Of a stretch of DNA of 64,000 bases, positions 48,117-59,016 are shown piece after piece. The notes under the pieces were generated by a model. That model saw nothing but the letters and a program-made list of their open reading frames with translations, ran no database searches and was not told the origin of the DNA. The DNA is from an uncultured Spirochaetota bacterium (GTDB lineage Bacteria; Spirochaetota; Brevinematia; Brevinematales; JAOACQ01). The position numbers were made by a program, and so were the translations under genes. The stretch spans positions 96,001-160,000 of the forward strand of contig CAWIGG010000002.1 in the NCBI GenBank assembly GCA_963835575.1, written 5' to 3'. Numbering within the stretch: position 1 is the first letter of the stretch; every line of letters begins with the position of its first letter.

Positions 48117-48149
48117 TATATATAATACGTTTTGAAACATTCATTTTCG
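48117..48149 (-). promoter_or_regulatory. Conserved ECF-like promoter motif, copy 1
   Basis: CGAAAATGAATGTTTCAAAACGTATTATATATA. Confidence 0.6.
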
Positions 48150-48245
48150 ATGAAGTTTGAAAAATATTTTTTTAAAAGAATGAGTGAAAACATGGATTGG
48201 ATATAACCGCTGCCGGTATTATTGAAGATAACGCCGTTGACAGTA

Positions 48246-50270
48246 TCATTCATTCGACACGCTGTTGCCGCCGGCTGTTACGGCGTCATGACGGATATCG
48301 CCGGGGGTGTTCAGCGCATTGATATCATCCAGGCCGATGTCGCCGTCGGCGAAATCGTGATAGAGATATTCCAGCGTATTGGTCAGGAAGATATTCCCGC
48401 TGATGGTTTTCCATGTATTATCCTCTGCTCCCTCATATAGAGCATATCCTCTGCCGTCTCCGCCGACCGTGCATGAAATGAGGCTGTTAAAATTGTATCC
48501 GCTGCCGAGATAGATGACTCCGTTTGCCGCGGAATTATACAAAAGCCTTGAATTTGTGATCATGGCGCAATTTGCTCCGCTGTCTAATAAATATATACCG
48601 CCGCCGATAAGCGCTGAATTACTGATGATATCGGCGCTGACGGTATTATTGCCGTCATAAAAAAGATCCCCTTCCAGATAGATCCCTCCACCGTTGGAAG
48701 AGGAATTATTAAGGATCAGGCCTTTGATCTCGCTCTGCGATCCGTTGAAGCTGATTCCGCCGCCCTGGTATAATGAAGAATTGCTGACAAGAGTGCAGTC
48801 AATTAAATTATAATATCCTCCGCCGTCGATACCGCCGCCGTAATAAGAACTGTTCTGGACAATAGAACAGAATAAGGTATTATAATATCCGTAAGAATTG
48901 AGCTGCTCCCATAAGTATATGCCTCCGCCGTAAGAGGCCTGGTTGCTGTTTATGACTGCCCGGATGATACAGTAATCGGCAGAAAGAAAGATCCCTCCGC
49001 CGAAGCCGCCGGATGTTGAAGCTGAGTTCCCGGCAAAAGTCCCTTCTATAATGGAATAATTCGCAGTTGATTCAGGGCCGTATAAATATAATCCTCCTCC
49101 ATTCTCTGCAGTATTGCTGCAGATAGAGGCGTCTATCTTATTATGTGTTCCATAATATATACAGAGACCGCCGCCATCGTTTCTGGCGAAATTACCGGCG
49201 GCGATGCCGGTGATAGTATTGTAATTGCCGCTTAAATAAAGCCCACCCCCATAACCGGAGCTGAAAAGGCTTTCACTACCGGCTGTATTACTTAATATTG
49301 AACCGGCAATCTTATTATGATTGCCATGAAGGAACATGCCCCCTCCGTATACCGCGGTATTATTCAATAATAAGCAGTCAATATCATTATAATGGCCGTA
49401 GTCATATGTTATTCCCAGGTAGTCGCCGCCTATCATGATTCCTCCTCCGTTGCTTGATGCGGTATTGCTTATATAAATGCCGCGGACCGTATTGGAATTG
49501 CCGCAAAGGTCCAGCCCGCCGCCGAATTGAGAAGCGTTGTTATTTTTCATGATGCAGTTTATGGTATTACCGGAGCCGTAAATATACACTCCGGCGCCAT
49601 AAAGGCCGCGGTTGTCATAAAGTTCGCAGTTCAGGGTGATGAGGCTTCCATGGCTGATATAGATGCCTCCTCCGTACCAGGAGACCTGGTTGCTCATGAT
49701 AACGCAGTTGGACAGGACGCAGAGCGATGAATATAATATTGATATGCCGCCGCCGTTCATATAATTTGTATAAAGATTGTCTTTTATGATAAAACCCTCG
49801 ATTGTAATTCCGGTTGAATCGCTGATTGAAATGATATGAAAAATACCGTTTGTCCCGTCCAGGACGCTTTCGCCCGTCTGAGCGGAGAAATCCCCGTTCC
49901 AGCCGCCCAGGACCATGATATTGTTTTTATTTGAGATCATGATGCCGTTTGTCCCGTCGCCGCGCAGTCCGGCGCCCCTGACATAGAGGCCGCTTCCGAC
50001 GTATATGACAGCGGCTGAATTCGGGGCCGAATCCAGCGCTTTCTGTATGCTGAGGAAGGGAAATTCCTTTGTCCCCGGGTTCGCGTCGCTGCCGTTCGCC
50101 GCGACGAAGTACTCCGCGTATGAAGGCGGTATGCCCAGAGAAGATTTGCCTTCCCCTGAAGTACTGCCGTTATTTTCGCCGTTTCCGGGCGAGAGCGCGC
50201 ATGAATTTATGATAAATAAAAAGGCCGGGATGATAATAGATAGATATTTTGTTCCTTTCTTAATTCGCAT
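48246..50270 (-). CDS. Right-handed beta-helix lipoprotein (DUF1565-like N-terminus, GGGIY repeats)
   Basis: Lipobox NSC-ALSPG; YFVAANGSDANPGTKEFPFLSIQKALD; many NxAxxGGGIY repeats; start reset to MRIKKG. Confidence 0.85.
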   Translation of the reverse strand: MRIKKGTKYLSIIIPAFLFIINSCALSPGNGENNGSTSGEGKSSLGIPPSYAEYFVAANGSDANPGTKEFPFLSIQKALDSAPNSAAVIYVGSGLYVRGAGLRGDGTNGIMISNKNNIMVLGGWNGDFSAQTGESVLDGTNGIFHIISISDSTGITIEGFIIKDNLYTNYMNGGGISILYSSLCVLSNCVIMSNQVSWYGGGIYISHGSLITLNCELYDNRGLYGAGVYIYGSGNTINCIMKNNNASQFGGGLDLCGNSNTVRGIYISNTASSNGGGIMIGGDYLGITYDYGHYNDIDCLLLNNTAVYGGGMFLHGNHNKIAGSILSNTAGSESLFSSGYGGGLYLSGNYNTITGIAAGNFARNDGGGLCIYYGTHNKIDASICSNTAENGGGLYLYGPESTANYSIIEGTFAGNSASTSGGFGGGIFLSADYCIIRAVINSNQASYGGGIYLWEQLNSYGYYNTLFCSIVQNSSYYGGGIDGGGYYNLIDCTLVSNSSLYQGGGISFNGSQSEIKGLILNNSSSNGGGIYLEGDLFYDGNNTVSADIISNSALIGGGIYLLDSGANCAMITNSRLLYNSAANGVIYLGSGYNFNSLISCTVGGDGRGYALYEGAEDNTWKTISGNIFLTNTLEYLYHDFADGDIGLDDINALNTPGDIRHDAVTAGGNSVSNE

Positions 50271-50289
50271 AAAAAATTCCTCTCTTTTT

Positions 50290-52098
50290 TTACCTGATGC
50301 CGGCGCCCTGGTTTGAAACAACCATGCTGTAGGAAGAACTGCCGGAAAAGGCATTGACGCAGACGATATGCCAGCCGGTTTTTTCAGCGTTAAATCCGAT
50401 ATGCTCGCTCTGGTTGCTGGATGCGGAATAACCAACTATGATATTGTCTGGATCGAACAGGTATAGATCGAAGTCGTTTGTCCCGTAGTTCCAGAGGTCG
50501 ATGGACAATAATCCGGGCGTCTCAACATAGAACTGATAAAAGGCGTTTGATTCCTCCAATAAAAAACTGCTTTGAATGCTGTTTGTGCCGGTCCATATTT
50601 CCGGCGGGAAGAGGTAATAATCAAGGAGAAAGCTGTCCCATGAGGAATCGATATTGAACAGAGTAAAGTTGCTGTAAATATAATCGACCCTGCAGCTGAT
50701 TGAGGAAGAACTTGCGAAAGTGCCTGCGTAAACGGCCATTCCGCTTGAATACGGGTTCCCGCTGAAAATATCTCCCGAAGGGTTATGCCATTCGTAAACG
50801 ACGGCGTTTTTTACCGCCGATTTTAACATTTCGGAATTACTGCTTATGGAGATTTTTTGGGCCAGGTCATAGATGTCGAGATGAAAATAGCCGCCGGCTT
50901 CAGTATCGATATACTGCTCTACTGAATTCACGATGGTATTCCATAAAGCGGGTTTTCTGTTGATATGGCCGGTGTTCCAAAGATAATTTGACAGGTCGGA
51001 AACGTACGAGTTAAAAGCCGCCATGATCGAATCCATTCTGGAAAGTTTATACGCGGCCAGCGTCGCGCCTCTTGTAGAAACATATCTCCTGCTATAAGAA
51101 TCAATGATATTTAAAATCAGGTCGGGGGCCGTCATTTTTGACTGGGAGTATTGTGAAAGCCAGTCGCTGTATGACCAGCCGCCAGCAAGTTCAACCTCCG
51201 GTGACGCGATGAGATAATCGGCTGTGTTCCTGAGTTCATAAGCCGTCTCAGCCATTCCCATAAGGCATGCGTCGAAACCGATTATTTTGATGCCTTTTCC
51301 TGTGAGGGCTGTCCGGACCTCGGAGTTGTAAAGCACATCGTTTCCGGATGTTTCGTCCCAGCAGACTTCTTTGGTAATATCTGATGCGCTTTTTTCTGTT
51401 TGGACGGGATAGGGGTTGTTCATTATTGCTGATGGGCTCTTTTTTAAAATTGCTTTTTTACCGTTGATATTTGTAAACTGGCCGGTTAATTCCGCTTCCG
51501 ATGATGTGTTTAATAAGAAACTGCCGGTGGTATTGACGCTTCCGGTACGGCTTCTCCATCCGCCGCCATGGTTCCACAGGATCAGCATATAACCTTCCGA
51601 GGGATAATTCGCCCTGACATAATCGACAAATCCGCTCAGGGTCTGGGGGTCGGCCATATTGAGCTCTTCGCTGTCGCCGCTGGTTGTCAGATTCACGCCG
51701 TTGATCAATCCGCCGAGCCGGGTTGAGCGTATGGTGTTGTCGGCGCCGTTCGGGTCATGGACAATTTTATAAAGCCGGGTACCGGTCCAGTCCCCGTCGG
51801 ATGTGTCATGGCCGGGCGCCCGGTCGAAAAGAACGATCACGTTCAGATCGGGATTGTTCAGGCCGGCCTCCATCTCGTTGAAATTCTGAAGCGCATACTG
51901 TTCCAGGTTGTTATCGCCGTCCAGATAGACCATTATGGTTTTTATGGTTGTGTTTGTGTCAGACAGCAGTTCGCCTGAAATAGTATCCCGGACTGGAGAG
52001 CTGTTTCCGCCGGCTGGCTGGAGAGAGCATGATGCGGCTATGACCGCCATCGTGATTAATGAGCAATAAAGAAAAACGGCTCTGATCTTCTCTTTCAT
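50290..52098 (-). CDS. Clostripain-family (C11) cysteine peptidase lipoprotein with C-terminal PPC-like domain
   Basis: MVYLDGDNNLE, LILWNHGGGW (His), GFDACLMG (Cys), NDFDLYL. Confidence 0.92.
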   Translation of the reverse strand: MKEKIRAVFLYCSLITMAVIAASCSLQPAGGNSSPVRDTISGELLSDTNTTIKTIMVYLDGDNNLEQYALQNFNEMEAGLNNPDLNVIVLFDRAPGHDTSDGDWTGTRLYKIVHDPNGADNTIRSTRLGGLINGVNLTTSGDSEELNMADPQTLSGFVDYVRANYPSEGYMLILWNHGGGWRSRTGSVNTTGSFLLNTSSEAELTGQFTNINGKKAILKKSPSAIMNNPYPVQTEKSASDITKEVCWDETSGNDVLYNSEVRTALTGKGIKIIGFDACLMGMAETAYELRNTADYLIASPEVELAGGWSYSDWLSQYSQSKMTAPDLILNIIDSYSRRYVSTRGATLAAYKLSRMDSIMAAFNSYVSDLSNYLWNTGHINRKPALWNTIVNSVEQYIDTEAGGYFHLDIYDLAQKISISSNSEMLKSAVKNAVVYEWHNPSGDIFSGNPYSSGMAVYAGTFASSSSISCRVDYIYSNFTLFNIDSSWDSFLLDYYLFPPEIWTGTNSIQSSFLLEESNAFYQFYVETPGLLSIDLWNYGTNDFDLYLFDPDNIIVGYSASSNQSEHIGFNAEKTGWHIVCVNAFSGSSSYSMVVSNQGAGIR

Positions 52099-52152
52099 TT
52101 TAAACCCCTCAAGGATTTATAAATTATTCATCTATAGTATCTATTCACAATT

Positions 52153-53826
52153 CTATTCATTTGACACACTATTGCCTTCAGCGGTTATCGCGTCATGGCG
52201 GATATCGCCGGGAGTGTTCAGCACGCCGATTTCATCCAGGCCGGTGTCTCCGTCGGCAAAATCATGATAGAGATACTCCATTGTGTTGGTTAAAAATATA
52301 TTATCGACGAGAGTATTGTTGGAACTATCCGACTGATACTCATAAATGCCATAACCCGGACCCTGCCCGCCGATGGTGTTTCCGATAAACTGATTATTGC
52401 TGCAATTTGTTCCGATGCATATGCTGCCATGGCCAGCCCGGTTGAACAGGAGCAGTGTATTTGTAATCATGTTGTTAATAACGGGATAACCGGCTGACAC
52501 GTTGACAAAATAAATGCCGCCGCCGTATTGGCTGGAATTGCTGCTGATATTTCCGCTGATTGTATTAAGCCAGCTGTCGATAATTGTCAATCCTCCGCCG
52601 TTGCTTTCGGCCGTATTGCCGCTTATTGTGCAGTCAACAGTATTATAATGGCTGTATGCTATGAGCATACCGCCGTAATTGTTCCGGGCATAGTTGCCGC
52701 TGATTGTACAATTGATATCAGAATAAGAGTTATAATAAATCTGCAGTCCGCCGATGTTTGTCGCAGTGTTATTGCTGATTATTCCGCTGACCGTATTATT
52801 TGAACCCGAAATCATATTGATCCCGCCGATTCCGAAGGCTGTGTTATTGATAACGCTTGCGTTGATATTGTTGAAAGAAGCCTGATCCAGATATATTCCG
52901 CCGCCGCTGTAGGCTGAATTGCCGCTGATGACGCCGCCGATCGAATTATGAGAGCTGTGGCCGATGTATATTCCTCCTCCGTATATGTCCAATGTGTTGG
53001 TTAAATTGCCGCTGTAAATCCCGCTGATTGTATTGAAAGAGGTGTAGTCAATGAGTAATCCGCCTCCGGAATTGCTTGTGAAGCTTCCGGATATATTGAA
53101 ATTGGAACCGGACATAATTTCCATTCCGCCGCCGAAGTAGGCCGAATTATGGGAGACCGCCCCGCTGACAATGACATTGGAACAGTAAAAAAAACATAAT
53201 CCCCCTCCTCTTCCGGAAGAGGTATTATTGGTGATGACGATATTTGTGAATTGGCAGGAAACGGATGATATCGCTAAGATTCCGGCGCCCAGCCAATTCC
53301 ATCCTTCATTGATGCTGCCCTGAAGCCTCCATCCGTTTCTTACGACAAAACCGTCGAAAAGGAAGCCTGAGGTGTTTGATAAGAAGAGGATGTGAACAAG
53401 CGTTTTATTGCCGTCCAGTTCGCTGTATCCGTTACGGGAGGTGAAATCCGCGTCCCATCCGCCGAGGAGATGAAGATTGTTTTTATTGAGTATGACGACC
53501 CCCGTTCCTATTTCGGCGTAATTCAATCCGCTTCCGTTTGTGTAAATACCCTCCGCTACATTGATAACGGCGCCATCCGCCGCTGTATCAACGGCCCTCT
53601 GGATGTTCATGAACGGATGCTCTTTCGAGCCGCTATTCAGGTCGCTGCCGTTCGTGGCGACATAAATTTCGCTCAGCGTGCCCGGACTGCTGGATGAACT
53701 GCTGGAGGAACTTGTTCCGCCTCCTCCGCTACTTCCGCTGCCGGGCTGAAGCGTGCAGGATTCCGATAAAAAGAAAAATGCCGTCAATATGAGTATTGGG
53801 GCAAATAAATGTTTCCTGTCATTCAT
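52153..53826 (-). CDS. Right-handed beta-helix lipoprotein
   Basis: SC-TLQPG; IYVATNGSD...IQRAVD; LLGGWDADF; GGGIY repeats; conserved ...GNSVSNE end. Confidence 0.85.
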   Translation of the reverse strand: MNDRKHLFAPILILTAFFFLSESCTLQPGSGSSGGGGTSSSSSSSSSPGTLSEIYVATNGSDLNSGSKEHPFMNIQRAVDTAADGAVINVAEGIYTNGSGLNYAEIGTGVVILNKNNLHLLGGWDADFTSRNGYSELDGNKTLVHILFLSNTSGFLFDGFVVRNGWRLQGSINEGWNWLGAGILAISSVSCQFTNIVITNNTSSGRGGGLCFFYCSNVIVSGAVSHNSAYFGGGMEIMSGSNFNISGSFTSNSGGGLLIDYTSFNTISGIYSGNLTNTLDIYGGGIYIGHSSHNSIGGVISGNSAYSGGGIYLDQASFNNINASVINNTAFGIGGINMISGSNNTVSGIISNNTATNIGGLQIYYNSYSDINCTISGNYARNNYGGMLIAYSHYNTVDCTISGNTAESNGGGLTIIDSWLNTISGNISSNSSQYGGGIYFVNVSAGYPVINNMITNTLLLFNRAGHGSICIGTNCSNNQFIGNTIGGQGPGYGIYEYQSDSSNNTLVDNIFLTNTMEYLYHDFADGDTGLDEIGVLNTPGDIRHDAITAEGNSVSNE

Positions 53827-53903
53827 CGTATTTCTTCTCCTTAAAATGTTTAACATTTTTCAGCGATTATAAACTGATATAAAGAAAAAAAATTTTATTA
53901 TCT

Positions 53904-53936
53904 TATATATAATACGTTTTGAGGCGTTCAATTTTG
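53904..53936 (-). promoter_or_regulatory. Conserved ECF-like promoter motif, copy 2
   Basis: CAAAATTGAACGCCTCAAAACGTATTATATATA. Confidence 0.6.
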
Positions 53937-53997
53937 AAAAAAATTAAAAATATATTTTGAGACTGAATAATGATTTTATTGCAATGCAATAAAGGAT

Positions 53998-54261
53998 TAA
54001 CCACAGATTACACTGGCTTGTAGTGAGCTTGCCGAACTATGACACAGATGGATTCGGCGAGACTGGTTGGTGAACTTGCAGATTGTGTAATAATGCTTTA
54101 AGTCGCTCCCTGAGTGATTTTTTGGGTTTCTCCTTACTTATCTTTCCCAAAAAATCGTATCGAAGGGAGCTTAATAAATATTAGGGTTCCCTTCGATACG
54201 ATTTTTGTAAGTATAAGGGAAAGCCGGACAAAAATCACTCAGGGAACGCTCTTTTCACACA
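53998..54261. repeat. Composite repeat region: periodic arm with nested REP, plus an inverted REP pair (BIME/MITE-like)
   Basis: AACCACAGATTACAC-(CTTGTAGTGAGCTTGCCGAAC)-ACACAGAT; CCCTGAGTGATTTTT..AAAAATCGTATCGAAGGG followed by its inverse CCCTTCGATACGATTTTT..AAAAATCACTCAGGG. Confidence 0.8.
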
Positions 54262-54359
54262 GCCAACGGATGCGGGCACAAAAATAAACCATTTATCCCT
54301 TTCCAGTCATTTCAAGACTGCCGATGATTGCGGATAAAATGACGGCCATTAGCAATTCA

Positions 54360-55616
54360 TTAAAAGTTTGTATAAGGTCCCGGCGTATTGTTTACAACTG
54401 TCTCGAAATCATTCCCTGTCATAATCCCGTTCGTTGCGATGCCGTAATTGGTGTTGAAGGAGACCGTGCCGGCAATGATGTTGTTGGTGGCGTTCTGCAG
54501 GGCGATCCCCCCTCCGACGGTAGCGTAATTACTCATAATATCGCCCATAATGGAATTCCAGGCCGAGCCGCCTTCGATAAACAATCCGCCGCCGAATTGG
54601 GCGGAATTGTTGTAAACGGCGCCGCTGATCAGGTTATGGCTGGATTGATAGATATCCATTCCTCCTCCAAAACCGCCTGGCACGTTATTGCAGTAGACCG
54701 CGGAGCTGATTGAGTTGTACATTGAATTAGCAATTCCCAGCCCCCCTCCGTAAGCTGATGATGTATTATTATAGACGGAACCGCTTATTGTGTTCGAGTC
54801 CGCGGACAATAAATAAATTCCACCACCGTATTGCGCCGTGTTGCTGCAAATTACAGCATTAATTGTATTATAACTTGAATTATACAGATAAATTCCTCCT
54901 CCGCCTACGCCCACTGTCGAATTGTTGCAGATGATTCCGCTGATCATAATAAGGCTTGATAAGAAGATACTGATTCCTCCGCCGTCAGATCCGTTTTTAT
55001 TATTATTATTACTGCATATGAAATTGGTGATGATGGCATTGGTTACATACAGAAGATACATTCCCCCGTCATCGCCTGTCCCGCCGGTGAACACAAACCC
55101 GTCCAGCTGAATGTTCGTGACATTATTTATGAAGATGAGCTGGTAAGGCCATGGCTTCGTATGGGAATCCAGAACGCTCCTCCCTGCCTGGTTGTTGAAG
55201 CCGGAGTCGCATCCGCCGTAGAGACGGATATTGTTGTTTGATATCGTGAGACCGGGACTGTCTGTCGATAATCCCGCTCCCTGGGTGTACGTACCCTGTC
55301 CGACGTAGATTTTCGTGAAACCCAGCGCAGCGGCGTTCGATACCGCCTTCTGGATGGTCAGCAGGGGCGCTGCCTTGTTCGTGCCCACGCTCGCGTCACT
55401 TCCGGTTGTTGCGACATAAACGATGTTGTTGCCCTGGGGCAGCGGAACGGGGCTGCTTACAGACGAACTGCCGTCTCCTGTTGAAGAACTGCCTCCTCCT
55501 CCTCCGCCATTCCCGCCGCCCGGTTGGAGAGTGCAGGCTGTAAACAAAGCCATTATCAGTACAAAAACTGTGAGAGCATAAAAAACCGCGGGGATATGAT
55601 CTTTAATCCTATTCAT
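54360..55616 (-). CDS. Right-handed beta-helix lipoprotein (short form lacking the conserved C-terminal cap)
   Basis: AC-TLQPG; VYVATTGSD...IQKAVS; GGGIY repeats. Confidence 0.85.
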   Translation of the reverse strand: MNRIKDHIPAVFYALTVFVLIMALFTACTLQPGGGNGGGGGGSSSTGDGSSSVSSPVPLPQGNNIVYVATTGSDASVGTNKAAPLLTIQKAVSNAAALGFTKIYVGQGTYTQGAGLSTDSPGLTISNNNIRLYGGCDSGFNNQAGRSVLDSHTKPWPYQLIFINNVTNIQLDGFVFTGGTGDDGGMYLLYVTNAIITNFICSNNNNKNGSDGGGISIFLSSLIMISGIICNNSTVGVGGGGIYLYNSSYNTINAVICSNTAQYGGGIYLLSADSNTISGSVYNNTSSAYGGGLGIANSMYNSISSAVYCNNVPGGFGGGMDIYQSSHNLISGAVYNNSAQFGGGLFIEGGSAWNSIMGDIMSNYATVGGGIALQNATNNIIAGTVSFNTNYGIATNGIMTGNDFETVVNNTPGPYTNF

Positions 55617-55640
55617 TAAATATTCTCCTTATTAATCAAA

Positions 55641-57215
55641 TCATTCGTTCGACACGATGTTGCCGGAGGCTGTCGAGGCGTCATGCCTGGGATCATTAAC
55701 TGTATTCAGCACAGCGATTTCATCCAGGCCGGTGTCGCCGTCGGCAAAATCATGGTAAAGTAAGCCCAGCGTATTGGTTAAAAAGATGTTGCCGGTCATG
55801 GTATGGTTGGTAAAATCGAGTCCCATTTCATAAATCCCGTATCCGGCCCCCTGTCCGCCGATGGTATTGCCGGCTAAGATATTAAAACTGTTATTGGTAA
55901 TTAAGCTCGTATAGACTGTGTTGGTCCCGATGCAGATCGCTCCATGATCGGCCTGGTTGTAAAGAAGGCGGGAATTGGTAATCAGATTATTTGTGGTCAC
56001 CTGTCCTATATATATTCCGCCTCCGTTTGCCGCGGAATTGCTGCTGATATTCCCTGTTATAGTATTGTTCCATAAGAATTCGAGAAATATCCCGCCGCCG
56101 CATATTGCCGTGTTGCCCGTTATATTCGCGTCGATGGTGTCGTAAAAAACCCAATAAATATAAACTCCTCCTCCTAATTGAGCGGTGTTGCCGGTTATAT
56201 TTCCATTAATGACGCTGTGGGATGTGCCGTTTTCAACATATAATCCGCCCCCTCTATTTGCGGAATTTCCGGCTATCACGGCGTTTACGGATGTAAAGGG
56301 GCAATTATTGAAATAGATACCTCCGCCGTCATAAAGGGCTGTGTTGCTGCTGATATTTCCGCCGACGGTATTGACAGGGCTCCAGAAAAAGTATATTCCC
56401 CCGCCCTGGACGGCGTTATTTCCGGTAATGCCGCAGTTGATTACCGTATTGGAAGAGTAATCGATTTCCAGGCCGCCCCCGGAATTGCTGTTGACGTTCC
56501 CTGTGATTGCTGTGTTCGTGCAGTGGTCCGCCAACATGCCTCCGGCATAGCCTGCCGAATTATTATAAATATTCATATTAATGGTATTATAGAAGCATTT
56601 AGATATATAAATGCCTCCGCCGCTTTCCTTTGCAATGTTATTACTGATAATACCGTTTGAAAGGGTGCAGTTTGAGGATTTTATCACAAAAACCCCTCCG
56701 CCCTTGTATTCTGATGGGACGTTCGTTGCGTTTCCGTTCCTCAGCACAAATCCATCCAGAAAGATATGGGATGAATTGGATATAAAGATTATATGGTAAA
56801 GCTCTTTATTACCATCCAGCTCGCTATAACCGTTCGTTTCAGAAAAGTCTTCATTCCAACCTCCAATGAGCCGGATGTTTTTTTTATTTAGAATGACGAT
56901 ACCCGATCCTGTTTCAGAATAATTCAGCCCGTCCCCATTGGTATAGATACCCTGTGCCACATTGATTACAGCCCCGTCTGCCGCCGTATCGACAGCTTTT
57001 TGAATGTTTTTGAATGGTTCGGTTTTATTGGCGCCGCTGTTAGTGTCGCTGCCGTTTGTTGCGACATAAACTACACTTAGAGTGCCCGGACTGCTGGATG
57101 AAATACCAGTGGAGCTTGTATTGCCTCCACCGTTCCCGCTACCCGGCTGGAGCGTGCAGGAATAAAATACTAGTGCGAGAACCAAAAAGATTGCCCCATA
57201 GAAATATTTTGACAT
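55641..57215 (-). CDS. Right-handed beta-helix lipoprotein
   Basis: SC-TLQPG; DUF1565-like start; GGGIY repeats; ...GNIVSNE end. Confidence 0.85.
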   Translation of the reverse strand: MSKYFYGAIFLVLALVFYSCTLQPGSGNGGGNTSSTGISSSSPGTLSVVYVATNGSDTNSGANKTEPFKNIQKAVDTAADGAVINVAQGIYTNGDGLNYSETGSGIVILNKKNIRLIGGWNEDFSETNGYSELDGNKELYHIIFISNSSHIFLDGFVLRNGNATNVPSEYKGGGVFVIKSSNCTLSNGIISNNIAKESGGGIYISKCFYNTINMNIYNNSAGYAGGMLADHCTNTAITGNVNSNSGGGLEIDYSSNTVINCGITGNNAVQGGGIYFFWSPVNTVGGNISSNTALYDGGGIYFNNCPFTSVNAVIAGNSANRGGGLYVENGTSHSVINGNITGNTAQLGGGVYIYWVFYDTIDANITGNTAICGGGIFLEFLWNNTITGNISSNSAANGGGIYIGQVTTNNLITNSRLLYNQADHGAICIGTNTVYTSLITNNSFNILAGNTIGGQGAGYGIYEMGLDFTNHTMTGNIFLTNTLGLLYHDFADGDTGLDEIAVLNTVNDPRHDASTASGNIVSNE

Positions 57216-57231
57216 GAATATTCTCCTTTAA

Positions 57232-59004
57232 TTATTTTATAACAGCATCCTGGTTCGAAACAACCAGGTTGAATGGACCCGCGCCGTCAAAGGAATATAC
57301 CCTGATCACATACCAGCCGGCCGTAGTGGAATTATGGACGATCCGTTCGGCCGGGTTTACGGTCAGCGATGAGTCGGCATAGTTCCCGGAGCCGTCGTAC
57401 ATATAGAGATCGAAATCATTGGCGCCGAAATTGTATAAATCGACTGAAAAAGAGCCCGGCGCGGAGACATAAACCTGGTAGTTCTTTTCCCCGCCGGCGG
57501 GTATATTCCCGGTTTTAATGGAATTTGCCGTTATCCATTCATAGGGCGGGAATCCGTAGAGGTCCGCCAGATAGGTGTCCCATGCGCTGTCCTGATTGAA
57601 CAGAGTAAAGTTGCTGAAGGCGTAATCGTCCCTCAGATATGTCCCGCTGCCTGTCGTCGTACCGAAATAGACGGCCATGCCGTGCGAGCGGGTGTCGTCG
57701 GCGTATATATCCCCGCCGCCTGAGTGGTGCCATTCATAGGCGACAACGGCATTAACTGCGTTTTTAAGGTCCGCCGACAGACTGCCCTTGTTCACCGTAT
57801 CGGCCAGGTCGTAGAGGTCGATATGGTAGCCGCTGCCGTAATACACTTCGCATCCGGAGAGAATTGAATTGTATCTTCCTGATGCGGTATTATTATATCC
57901 CGGGTTCCATAAGTCGCCTGATAAGGCGGCTGTATAAGCGTCAAAAGCCGTTTTGAGGTTGTTTATTTTTGACAGGTCATAGGCCGCGAGGGTTGTACAG
58001 CATGTGTCCGCGTATCTTTCCTTGTAGGAATTGATGATGTTAGTGGCCAGAGCCGCGACGGTCAATGACGTGCCGCAGAACCGGGAAAGCCACACGTCGT
58101 ATTCCCAGCCGTCGCCCGGTTCCGTGTCCGCCGAGGCTATCATATATTCCGCCACGTCCTTGAATTCATACGCGGCTTCGATCATGCCCATATAGCAGGC
58201 GTCAAACCCGAGCACCTTGATGCCTTTTCCCGCCAGGGCGGCCCTGATCTCGGAATTATAAAGCCTGTCATTCCCGGACGATTCGTCGACGCAGGCGCCT
58301 TTAAGGGGGTCCAGAGTATTATCATTATTGACCGGATTTATTAAAAGACCTGAATTTTGACTTTTCGCTTCCGGGATACTTTTAGAATGGGTCAGGGGAG
58401 GCAGGGCAAAGGGATTTTGATTGCTTACCGGGCGGCTTAAATTTCCGGGAGAGCTTCTCCAGCCGTCGCCGTGGTCCCAGAGAATGAGCATATAATTCTG
58501 GGATGGGTAATTCGCCTCGACAAAATCGACAAAATCGGAGAGGGTTTTCCCGTCTCCCATATTCAGATCCTGGTTATTGCCGGTTGTCGTCAGCGCGACC
58601 CCGTTTATCGTGCCGCTGAGGCGCTTTGAGCGGATCGTGCTGTCAAAGCCGAATGGGTCGTGCAGGACCTCGTAAAGCCGCGCACCCGTCCAGTTGCCCT
58701 GGCTTGTGTCATAACCGGGAGACCTGTCGAAGAGAACAATGACTTTAACAAGAGGGTTGTTCAGGCCGGCTTCCATCTCGTTAAAATCATCGAGCCCGTA
58801 TGATTCCAGGTTGTTATCGGCGTCCAGGTATACCATGATGACCTGGATTTTGTTTGTGTCTTTCATCATATCCGATAAGCCCGCAGAGGATGTGCCTGAT
58901 GTGCCGCCGCCGGTGTTCCCTCCCGGCGCCATAGAGCACCCGTACAGATGAATAAACAAAATGCTGATAATTATAAATTTTATATAGGATAATATTTTAT
59001 TCAT
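57232..59004 (-). CDS. Clostripain-family (C11) cysteine peptidase lipoprotein with C-terminal PPC-like domain
   Basis: MVYLDADNNLE, LILWDHGDGW, GFDACYMG, NDFDLYM. Confidence 0.92.
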   Translation of the reverse strand: MNKILSYIKFIIISILFIHLYGCSMAPGGNTGGGTSGTSSAGLSDMMKDTNKIQVIMVYLDADNNLESYGLDDFNEMEAGLNNPLVKVIVLFDRSPGYDTSQGNWTGARLYEVLHDPFGFDSTIRSKRLSGTINGVALTTTGNNQDLNMGDGKTLSDFVDFVEANYPSQNYMLILWDHGDGWRSSPGNLSRPVSNQNPFALPPLTHSKSIPEAKSQNSGLLINPVNNDNTLDPLKGACVDESSGNDRLYNSEIRAALAGKGIKVLGFDACYMGMIEAAYEFKDVAEYMIASADTEPGDGWEYDVWLSRFCGTSLTVAALATNIINSYKERYADTCCTTLAAYDLSKINNLKTAFDAYTAALSGDLWNPGYNNTASGRYNSILSGCEVYYGSGYHIDLYDLADTVNKGSLSADLKNAVNAVVAYEWHHSGGGDIYADDTRSHGMAVYFGTTTGSGTYLRDDYAFSNFTLFNQDSAWDTYLADLYGFPPYEWITANSIKTGNIPAGGEKNYQVYVSAPGSFSVDLYNFGANDFDLYMYDGSGNYADSSLTVNPAERIVHNSTTAGWYVIRVYSFDGAGPFNLVVSNQDAVIK

Positions 59005-59016
59005 AAAATTCTCCTC

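Noticed and set aside
50271..50435. N-terminal extension of ORF 48246..50435
   Set aside because: It overlaps the clostripain gene; the signal peptide and RBS point to ATG 50270
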